From Nageia nagi (taxonomy: Eukaryota > Plantae > Pinophyta): DNA of 64,000 nucleotides. Where the stretch lies: positions 36,332,001 through 36,396,000 of the forward strand of contig JBITNC010000002.1 of NCBI GenBank assembly GCA_050084985.1, in the 5' to 3' direction. A program made the translations under genes and the position numbers. This document shows, one piece after another, positions 14,114 to 24,380 of this stretch. The notes beneath the pieces are model-generated. The model ran no database searches and was not told the origin of the DNA. It was given only the letters and a program-made list of their open reading frames with translations. Numbering within the stretch: the stretch's first letter is position 1; the number at the start of each line of letters is the position of its first letter.

Positions 14114-14366
14114 ATGGGTGGAGCGATTCTGAGTGGAATGCTTACGGAGATCTTGATTCCTGTGGCTGCTGTAATCGGGATTGTGTTTGCTCTGGTTCAG
14201 TGGGTTGTTGTGTCGCGGGTGAAGGTTCAGCCTGGCCATGCCAATGGCGCTAGCAATAATAGTAACAAGAATGGGTATTCGGAGTACTTGATCGAGGAGG
14301 AAGAAGGGATCAATGACCAGAATGTTGTTGCGAAGTGTGCTGAGATCCAGAACGCCATTTCGGAAG
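14114..14366 (+). CDS. AVP1: H+-PPase exon 1
   Basis: [27 protein letters not shown]...[11 protein letters not shown]; donor G|GTATGT. Confidence 0.93.
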
Positions 14367-17300
14367 GTATGTGGGGGATGGATCTGGGTGTTTTGAGTAC
14401 CCATTTGGTTTTCAATTCAATTTACATGGGTTTTTAAAATGCCCATGTTGATTTATACATTGCTTACCTATTTGGTTTTGAAGTCTGCCTACATGGATTT
14501 TTGAAATAGCCATCTTGATTTATGCATTTCCTGTTTGGATTTATAGCTAGTTCGGTTTTCGATTTTTTTTTTTAATTATTTTTTAATTTTTTTTATAACT
14601 AGTTTAATTTTATGGTGTGCTGCGCCTATTTGGGCTTTTGAAGTTCCCATTTCATATTTTGGGAACCCATTTTAAGTCCAAGGGCATTGATTTTTAAAAA
14701 TCCATTTCTGTTTACTGTATGCATTTTGGGTTTTAACATAGCTGTTTGAATTTTGGGAGCGTGCCCACTGCATTTTTTAGTCGAGTTCATTGGATTTGTG
14801 AAGTGGACTTCTCGATTTATACGTTGCCTATGTGGATTTGTACTAAAATTCTTTTTTTTTTGTTTCCCGATTTGTGAAGTGTCCATTTTAATCTTATGTA
14901 GTGCCTATTTGGGCTTCTGATGTGTCTATTTGTGAAGTGTCATTTTAATCTTATAGATTGCCTATTTCGGCTTCAGATGTGCCCATTTCGTGTTTTGAGA
15001 ACCCAGTTTTGTTTAAAGGGTGCCCTTTTCGACTCTTAAAGAAGCCAAATGGGATTTTAAACTATTCATTGACGGCTACGTGTTCATGTTTTTGGTGTAC
15101 TTATATTGAAGTTAGATTTACCCATTTTTATTTCGGAGATGCCCGTTTTGGTATCAGAAACACCCAGTCTGATATTTGAACAATCTATCTTGATTTCTGT
15201 AATACCCATTTTGAATATGGAACTACCCACTTTGGTTTTTTGTTTACTAGTATTTGTTTTCTAAGTATCCTTTTGAAGATTTGCTAGGCCTTGTTTTCAG
15301 ATCTCTCAGGAAATTAACTTAATCGAATCAAGTGTATATGGATCAGGATTTTAGGAAAGTGTTATTTTTTTTCAAGGGCATTTTTGTTCTGGACAGCATC
15401 ATTTTTATGTTTTGTTCATTTTATACTAATGGTGCGATTTTCATGATTTGTCTTTGTTATCATCTTGGAAACATTGTAGCTAATCTGAACAAATTTGCAA
15501 GATATGTATAATTTTTTTTTTTTTTTTTTTTTGATGTTTTGAATAAGGTTTGTAACTCGAAATCATCAACATAGTTTGATGGTCTCCACCTTTAAGCTGA
15601 GCCAATTCAGATTCCAGACCCAATATTTTAATCTTTTCAGACTTCGCGTTTAAAAATATTCAGAAATAACATAATTTTCTTTCAATTGCTTTAAGGTCTG
15701 TTGTTAAGTTTAATTGAGATTGACATAGTATGTAGGGAAAGTTCAGTTTGTCAAGAAAATCTTATGATGATCGTAGATTCGAGTTGATGGTGCGAAATGC
15801 TTTCTTAACTATACATATATACTGTAATATATGTTATCTTTAAGTGGCAATATTGTTGTGGCTTTATTTAGCATATGTATAGATTTTGGTCATCCTCCAC
15901 AGGTCTGATGTGTGAGGTTAAATAGTAGCATTCAAAAGGATTTCTCTGTGCTTACTTTTTGAAGTTGAAAGATTGGTGTTTATTTCTTAGATCCATACTC
16001 TCAGTATTAGGGCAAATGAAGACAGTATTGTCATGTTCAGATGTGCTACATAAGATGCATCTTTTCTTTGGAGCATATTACCCAAGCATCAACATAACAT
16101 AATAAAATGATGTGCTTTAAAAGCTATCAAGACGGGTATCCCGGTCTTTGAACTAGTTCAGTTGATTTGTTGTGGCATTTTTTGTTGATTGCTCTCTCTT
16201 TGTCATTGGTTTGTTTGTCGTCTTGATGTAGATGGTTTTGTGATATGGAGCTATCAATTGTATGTCTAACATATTTGTATTATAACATATATTCATTATA
16301 TTAATTGGAAGCTACCTTAGTTGAGTGGTCTCTATTCTTAAAATTATATTAAAAGTGGTTTCCTTACTCTTATCTTTACTTTGTTTCTTTAACCAACAGG
16401 AGCAACCTCCTTTCTGTTTACTGAATATCAGTACATGGGCATCTTCATGACCTTCTTTGCGGTTATTATATTTTTGTTTCTCGGATCAGTGGAGAAATTT
16501 AGTACAAAAAGTCAGCCATGCACCTACAGCAAGGAACTAATGTGCAAGCCAGCTCTTGCCAATGCTATTTTCAGTACTGTATCTTTCTTGCTTGGTTCTT
16601 TGACATCTGCTGTATCTGGATATCTTGGAATGAAGATTGCTACTTATGCAAACGCAAGGACAACATTGGAAGCGAGGAAGGGTGTTGGAAAAGCTTTCAT
16701 CACTGCCTTCAGATCTGGTGCTGTCATGGGCTTTTTGCTTGCAGCAAATGGATTGCTGGTGCTTTTTATTACCATTAACCTCTTCAAGTTGTATTATGGA
16801 GACGATTGGGAGGGACTTTTTGAAGCCATTACTGGTTATGGTCTTGGAGGATCTTCTATGGCTCTATTCGGTAGAGTCGGTGGTGGTATCTACACCAAAG
16901 CAGCTGATGTAGGAGCAGATCTTGTCGGAAAGGTTGAGAGGAACATTCCTGAAGATGACCCACGTAACCCAGCAGTAAGACAAGATTAATATGTAGTACT
17001 ACATTTTTTCAAACACACATTCAAAATTTTATTGCTGATTTTGATATAGATGCATTTGGCATTACAATAATTTTTTTGTTGAATTGTGTTTAGGTTATTG
17101 CTGATAATGTTGGAGACAATGTTGGTGATATTGCTGGAATGGGATCGGATCTGTTTGGTTCATATGCTGAATCTTCATGCGCAGCTTTGGTTGTGGCCTC
17201 TATTTCTTCATTTGGAGTCAATCATGATTTTACTGCTATGTGCTTCCCCTTGCTCATAAGTTCAATGGGTATCATTGTTTGTTTAATCACAACTTTGTTT

Positions 17301-19110
17301 GCAACTGACCTATTCGAGATCAAGGCTGTGAAGGAAATTGAACCTGCATTGAAAAAGCAGCTTATTATCTCCACGGTACAGATGACCATTGGCATTGCTG
17401 TTGTAAGCTTTGTTGCATTGCCTTCATCGTTCACCATCTTCAATTTTGGTGCTCAAAAGGTTGTTAAGAACTGGTATGTAATTGCACTGTATTGTTACTT
17501 TACATTATTTTCGAAAAGAATGCCTTTCTACTTTTGTGGGGTATTTTATTGACTTTGTTCTGTAAAAATTCAGGCAGCTTTTCTTCTGTGTTGCTGTCGG
17601 TCTGTGGGCTGGCCTTGTTATTGGGTTTGTCACCGAGTACTACACAAGCAATGCATACAGGTAAAATAGCTGTTGTACAGTTGTGTGTGCGCGTGTGCAT
17701 ATAATTTATTAATGCTTACCGCTAAAAGGAGTTATTGTACAGTTTTGTATTAGGCATTTGGGTCCAAATTTAACTAACTCTGATTGAAAATTTATATTGC
17801 AGCCCTGTACAGGATGTTGCCGACTCATGCAAGACAGGAGCAGCAACAAATGTTATCTTTGGGTTGGCTTTGGGATACAAATCTGTTATTATTCCTATAT
17901 TTGCCATTGCAGTAAGCATATTTGTCAGTTTTAGTTTGGCTGCTATGTATGGTATTGCAGTAGCCGCATTGGGAATGCTCAGTACTATTGCAACTGGACT
18001 GGCCATTGATGCATACGGACCCATCAGTGACAACGCTGGTGGAATTGCTGAGATGGCTGGCATGAGTCACAGAATCCGTGAAAGGACCGATGCGCTTGAT
18101 GCAGCTGGCAACACTACTGCTGCCATTGGCAAGGTAATAGACACTTTATTTTCCCGCCTGATCTCCAGCGCTATTAGGCATATGAGTCTCTATTGATAAT
18201 GTAAAATCGAATGTTGTTTCAGGGATTTGCTATAGGATCAGCTGCCTTGGTGTCCCTTGCCTTGTTTGGAGCCTTTGTGAGCCGTGCAGGAATATCAGCT
18301 GTAGATGTCTTGACACCTAAAGTATTCATTGGTTTGATTGTGGGAGCAATGCTTCCCTATTGGTTCTCTGCCATGACCATGAAAAGTGTCGGTAGTGCTG
18401 CATTGAAAATGGTTGAAGAGGTTCGTAGACAATTTAACACCATTCCCGGTCTCATGGAAGGTCATGCCAAGCCAGATTATGCAACTTGCGTAAAGATATC
18501 AACAGATGCTTCCCTCAGGGAAATGATTCCTCCTGGCTGCCTTGTGATGCTTACACCTCTCATTGTTGGTACATTGTTTGGTGTGGAGACACTGTCAGGT
18601 GTTCTGGCCGGTGCCCTTGTCTCCGGTGTGCAGGTAATTATATGTCAATTGTATCTTTTTATGTTTTTTGTCTCATTTTATGCCTTGTGTTTTTCTATGT
18701 AATCATTTTTCTTGACTCGTTGTTAGGTTGCTATATCTGCTTCAAACACTGGTGGTGCCTGGGATAATGCTAAGAAGTACATTGAGGTGAGTGCCTTTTG
18801 GATTTGCAGTGGCACATCTGTGTTTTTCTCTGAGCATGTCTGTATATCAATTTTATAATTGCATATCTGATCATCCTGCCCTTTATGCTTCCTGACATTA
18901 CAGGCTGGAGCATCAGAACATGCCAGAACCCTTGGTCCAAAGGGCTCTGATCCACACAAGGCTGCTGTGATTGGTGACACCATTGGAGACCCATTGAAGG
19001 ATACCTCTGGACCATCTCTAAACATTTTGATCAAACTGATGGCTGTTGAGTCTCTGGTGTTTGCTCCCTTCTTTGCAGCCCATGGTGGTCTGCTGTTTAA
19101 GCTGCTCTAG
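14114..19110 (+). CDS. AVP1: Vacuolar H+-translocating inorganic pyrophosphatase, type I (K+-stimulated), 767 aa; join(14114..14366,16400..16974,17094..17473,17574..17660,17803..18133,18223..18633,18727..18786,18904..19110)
   Basis: Seven GT-AG introns give a 2304-nt open frame. Hallmark motifs: [126 protein letters not shown]. Confidence 0.97.
14871..14988. repeat. ~58-bp tandem duplication in intron 1
   Basis: TTTGTGAAGTGTC(C)ATTTTAATCTTAT...TGCCTATTT(G/C)GGCTTC(T/A)GATGTG(T/C)C(T/C)ATTT present twice, head to tail. Confidence 0.75.
16400..16974 (+). CDS. AVP1: H+-PPase exon 2
   Basis: Acceptor CAACAG|; [13 protein letters not shown]...PEDDPRNPA; donor |GTAAGA. Confidence 0.95.
17094..17473 (+). 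CDS. AVP1: H+-PPase exon 3
   Basis: TTTAG| [12 protein letters not shown]...QKVVKNW |GTATGT. Confidence 0.95.
17574..17660 (+). CDS. AVP1: H+-PPase exon 4
   Basis: TTCAG| [28 protein letters not shown] |GTAAAA. Confidence 0.95.
17803..18133 (+). CDS. AVP1: H+-PPase exon 5
   Basis: TGCAG| [17 protein letters not shown]...GNTTAAIGK |GTAATA. Confidence 0.95.
18223..18633 (+). CDS. AVP1: H+-PPase exon 6
   Basis: TTCAG| [15 protein letters not shown]...LVSGVQ |GTAATT. Confidence 0.95.
18727..18786 (+). CDS. AVP1: H+-PPase exon 7
   Basis: GTTAG| [20 protein letters not shown] |GTGAGT. Confidence 0.95.
18904..19110 (+). CDS. AVP1: H+-PPase exon 8
   Basis: TACAG| [25 protein letters not shown]...HGGLLFKLL, stop TAG at 19108-19110. 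Confidence 0.95.
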   Translation, partial: AGASEHARTLGPKGSDPHKAAVIGDTIGDPLKDTSGPSLNILIKLMAVESLVFAPFFAAHGGLLFKLL

Positions 19111-19718
19111 ATGTGTTCCTTAAGCTGTGTACTTTAACGGAATCAATTTTCACCCCGAGTAACTTGCTAAGAATGCCCGGTATGTCAGGGCAGTGTCAAG
19201 TCTTATTTACAAAGGTCGGTTAGTTTCTTGGGTAGTTGTCCTACGAGGATGATGGTTCTAGTTAAGGTTATTTGGCTACTGTCCTGGTCAATTTTGTTAC
19301 CATTTTTTTTTAATGAAAATAGACTTAATTTCTAACTACTCCAATTCTCGCTTGTCTATTAGTGTTTCAAGTTTTTATAAAAAATTTATTGGTTGTTTAT
19401 GTGGCAGTATATTGCTAATATTGTATGGTTGAGGTGGATGTATGCATGTTACAGAACGAATGTATTCACTTCGTGCTTGTGAGTGACCAGTAATAAATAT
19501 ATAAAAAAATTGATGCTTGTATGGGCTGTTTTTTAATGTATTGTTGATCTCATCATAGTTTTTATTTTTCAGAATTTCTAGAATGTAGGGAGTACCTTTT
19601 CTTAATTATTGTTTTATTCTATTTATTAATGAAGAGAACATGCTGTGGTGAACATTGTATTAGAATATTGAATATGATAATCTTTCAACAATGGATTTTT
19701 TCTTCAAGAAAAAAAGAT

Positions 19719-19739
19719 TATATATATATATATATATAT
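19719..19739. repeat. (TA)n microsatellite downstream of the gene
   Basis: Direct reading of the sequence. Confidence 0.9.
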
Positions 19740-21002
19740 TATAAAAAACAAACAAAATGAACTTTCTCTAAAATAAAAAGATTGTATATATATAATAAAA
19801 ATGGACTTAATAATATACTAAAAACAAATATATTATGTCACTTGTACGACCATTAAAGGAAGACTATCTTGTGTACATATACATGGAAAGGCCCAATTTG
19901 CTTGGCCATATTGAAGCTTGGTGAAGAACTGCAAACAAAAGTCAACCGATCCATCGTGGTGTGGAGTGTCGTTGACTCACAGGAGACTAACAAAGTTTTG
20001 AATTTCTAAATTTTTTTGAATGAATGAATGATGTTTTTATGTTTTGAATTTATTATAATTTGTTTTAAAATCTTTTATCTATTCAAATGATGTTTTGATC
20101 TTTGGTTGAGTTGATCATGAGACATAAATGTTATACAATGGTCTATTATAATTAACGGGTTCATAAATCAATTGATCTTTAATAAATATTAATATAATTT
20201 ACCTTTACCTTTAACAAATTTGAGATTTATAATAGATTATTTATATGTTTAAATGGTTAATCATAATAATACTAAAATTCATAATAAAATTGTGAAATTT
20301 ATTTTGGTAATTACAAATATTATTTTAGGTTTGTCTAATATTATTTAGATTACAAAATTGTATCTTATAGATGGATAGATAAATTTTTTAACATTTTTTA
20401 ATTTTTTTGATTTGTAGAATCTATCAAAGATAGTTGAGAAGTAAATATACACCAATTAATATATTTGAATGATTGTTTATGGTAGTTTAAATATTATTCA
20501 TCCATTTATTGTATATGTAATTTATGTGTAGGTATTATTATTTTCGTGATCATAAGTTTTTTTCAGATGGATAATGTTATATGGATAAGATGGATGTTCA
20601 AGTTTTGAAAGGTTGATGTTTAATCGTATAGGGATAGAATGGATGTTCAAATTTTGAAAGGTTGATGTTCTTTGAGTAAACAAATTTTCTTATGATTTTG
20701 ATATTATCATCACTTCATTTTTTTTTTAATTATTTTATTTACAATTTGTAACTTTAATGTAAAAATGTCAAAAAAATTATTTTTTCATTAATTCAATATA
20801 TCGCAATGATTCATTCCATTAATAAAATTTTAAAAAGTTGATTTCAATATATTTTGAAATTTTCAACCAAGCATTACAAGTTACATGAATCTTTCTTTAA
20901 AAAGCAGTTCCAATTTGAACTATGATGGATTGTTTGTAAACTCTAGAGAACATATGTGCTTGATAACACTTCAAATAGAATGGTATATACAATTATTGTA
21001 GA

Positions 21003-21327
21003 TGATTGTTTGGTTTGAAAGTCTGGTCTGAAAATTTGATTATATGGTTTGAATGTTTGGCCTGATAGGTTGGTTTGTATCAACCTCAAAGTAGGATCCT
21101 CTGAGGTGGAAAACCAAGCTTCATTTGATGACTTGGAAAGAATTATTTTGTATTGCCTTGGTACTTGATTGTTTGGTTTGAAAGTCTGGTCTGAAAATTT
21201 GATTATATGGTTTGAATGTTTGGGCTGATAGGTTGGTTTGTGTCATCCTCAAAGCAGGATCCTCTGAGGTGGAAAACCAAGCTTCATTTGATGACTTTGA
21301 AATAATGTTTTGTATTACCTTGGTACT
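21003..21327. repeat. Two-copy ~163-bp tandem duplication
   Basis: TGATTGTTTGGTTTGAAAGTCTGG...GGATCCTCTGAGGTGGAAAACCAAGC...CCTTGGTACT at 21003-21165 and 21166-21327, with few substitutions. Confidence 0.92.
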
Positions 21328-22339
21328 TAAAAACAAGTAGATGGCGATGCCTATCAATTTGTCATCATGATGATTTAGCCTGAATTGACCTAGCCACACA
21401 CGTCAGCTGCCCATATATAATTACCCACATTCAATGCTGACATATTATATAACATCAAATGTACACGATCACTATTCTTGTCTCTATATGAATACATGCC
21501 CACAATAATTTCAGGACTTTCTATCTTAACATTAACGTTAAACCGCCATAATCATCAATAACTTTTATCACCAACCGTGAACTGAGGTCCAAACACCTTA
21601 ATCCTACGTTACCTATTTCTAAGCTGTTTTCTTATCCGTTGCAGAAAATTCCACCTATGAAGATGTGCGGTGTTAGATTTGTTGGAGGAAAAGACAATCA
21701 CATCAGCTTAATCTCTAGATTGTAGGCTGGTAATGGTGGATCAAACTGTAGTCCAATAATTGCTTGCGGTGATGTTATTGCAGTAGATAAGGTTCAATTA
21801 TCCTTTGCCACTCATGCTACGTGTAACGGGCAATTGCGTGCCTTCCACGTTGAGGAATTGTAGACAAGAAATCAACTTCAGTCTTACAACCACCTACAAC
21901 AAAACAGGAGTTTAAATCTCAGTGGCTCGATTAAGATGGGTCTCCTTTCAATTCCATCAAGATGTATGCCTAGATTTGGAGCCATTCTGGATATTTTATT
22001 CTGTGTCCTTAAAAGGAGAGTTGTGAAGAAATAAAATACCATCGAAGGTGATTCTCATTTCTTTATGTTGACAAAGATTAAGATATCTTTGTTTTTTTAG
22101 AGATAACAATACAGAAGACCATCAATTTTCTTTTAGATGATGTTTAATATTTCTTTTGCTTTTACGAGATCTAGGAAGTTATCTCCTGTAAAGAGATTCC
22201 TTACGATGATCTTCAACCGGGTTTATTAAACTTATCAAGTAGAAAGAATGATCATCAACCACCTTTTAATAGAAGAAGGTTTTTATATTATTATTTAAAG
22301 TATTTCTTCATAGAAGATTAAAGATAAATCTAAATATTC

Positions 22340-24380
22340 ATTAAAGGTGGTTTATTAGGAACAGTTTAAGATACCTTTGAAGTTATCATAGATATTTGAG
22401 AATTTTTTTGAAGAGTTCTATACAACAATCAAATATTAAAAGAGAAAATAAAAAGGCTATAGATGAGAATCAAAGATTAAAGGAATATATAAAAAAAATT
22501 CAAAATTAAATTAAATAATATAATTAATATAATATAACTTAGATATATAAAATAATCAAAAGAACCAAAAAATACTTTTAAATTATTGAATCTTTGAATA
22601 TCAAATGAGGATAATAATATCCAAGCTTTAAATATGAAATAGACTCTTTAAAAAAATAGATAAATAACTCACTTTAGGATGATATTTCTTAGGTAATGGC
22701 TCATACAAAGAATTTCAAGAGCATACAATAAGAGTTAGAGGAGAGGTTATCAAACTTTGAAGTTATCTAATATTTTTTTTGAAATCTTTAAAGGTAAAAT
22801 TTTTCAAGTGTATCTATAGAACAACAAATAAAAGACTTATTAAGGGATCATGAAACTTTAGCATCCAAATCTTTAATCAAATCTTATCTAGTCAACTTCT
22901 TTAATTTAATCAGTAGTGACTCAGATAATCAATTTATGTGGGTTGAATTAAAAAAGTAAAGAAAAATCAATATTTTACTTCGTCTGCACCAATTCTATAT
23001 TCTATAAGAAGAAAAAAATAGAGCAAAACTTCCCCTTTGAGAATCTTAACAATTATATTGCCAATTCTAAACAAAAATGAGAGATAATTCCACTTAAAGA
23101 CTTTAATTCTCAAATAACCTACAAGAAAAGTATATTTACCAATTGTGTCAACAATGCTAATCCCCTTTAGCTTGATGAATATCTTATCCTCACTTACCAA
23201 TGAGCTTGATTAGTACCTTTATTAGCGTAAATATCAAATTAAAAACTACTTTGGATAAGAACTAATAGAGCACAATAGTTGCCAAGAATTTGTTATTTGC
23301 AATGGTCTAATTTTTTTGCCCATATCTAATAAATTTGCTTATATTCACAAAAATGGTAACAATACCATAGATTATATTATTTCCTCAATTTCTCTTATCC
23401 AACAAATATTGGATTTTGAGATTTAGGTAGATTGTGAATATAATTATAATCATCAACCCATCTTATTTACTCTTAAAATAAACTTATTGCATGAAAACAA
23501 TACTAGCAACAATAAGATGAAAATTGCAAAGATCATTTTTAAACGAAATGATCTTAAGGCCTTTCAAAAGGATCTACAAAATGCATTCAACTCATATCCT
23601 AAAAATTTATCCTCAATAAATGATTCATATAATAATTTCACCTCAAATTATCTACATGCATAAATAAATACGCTTATAAGAAGTCTATCACCCTTAACTA
23701 ATGAAAAATAAATAAAGGGTATGACATGGAATGTTTAGTTGTTACGCAAAATATAATAATTTATCAACATAATACAAATAAGCACCAAAAAATGAAAGAA
23801 TATAAAACTTTGGTTAAATATAAGAAATAAGTACTTTTAAATCAATAATATTAAATACCTATACAAAGATAATCCAAACCAATTTTGAAAAACAATTTTA
23901 CCTAGAAAAATGACAATTGAACCTCAAATTGCCATAAATAGTCAGAACTATTATCTTAAAAAGCTTTATATATCCCCTCTAAATATAGAGTACACTTTAC
24001 AAGATATAACATTTTCACTTAACCAAGAGAATATTTTCTCTATAGAGTACATCAAGAATGAAATTAAGAAGTTATCAAAAGGGAAGGCCAAAGACATAAA
24101 AGGATATTAAGAAATATTTTTGAAATTGGAAGCTCTATCCTTGCCCATACATCCAAACCCTTTGCAACACATCTCTTAAAGAAGGATTCCATAAATAATG
24201 GGCTATAAGTTCAATAGTTCCTATATATAAAATTGGGAATAAAAATAGCCTATCGATTTATAGAACTATTATGATTTGTCTTATACTTACTAGACTCTAT
24301 GGTAGTATTATTGAAAATAAAATTAGCGATTGAGTTGATGATAACAATTCAAGAGCTAAAGGTCAAGCTAGTTTTAAAAA
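22340..24380 (+). mobile_element. Degenerate LINE (RTE/RTEX-like), endonuclease and N-terminal RT, 3'-truncated; left boundary approximate
   Basis: YRTIMICLILTRLYGSIIENKI...RAKGQASF at ~24259-24376, KKLSKGKAKDIKG at ~24066-24104, TIDYII at ~23364. Confidence 0.65.

Noticed and set aside
13771-14437. Overlapping ORFs 13771-14058, 13925-14404 (-) and the 107-aa exon 1 read-through
   Set aside because: By-products of a GC-rich promoter, antisense shadow of exon 1, and read-through past a canonical donor.
16518-19034. Alternate-frame and antisense ORFs over AVP1 exons
   Set aside because: Shadows of the coding sequence with no independent motifs.
20590-20670. Two ~31-bp repeats separated by a short spacer, CRISPR-like spacing
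   Set aside because: Only two copies, eukaryotic context, no cas genes; an ordinary local duplication.
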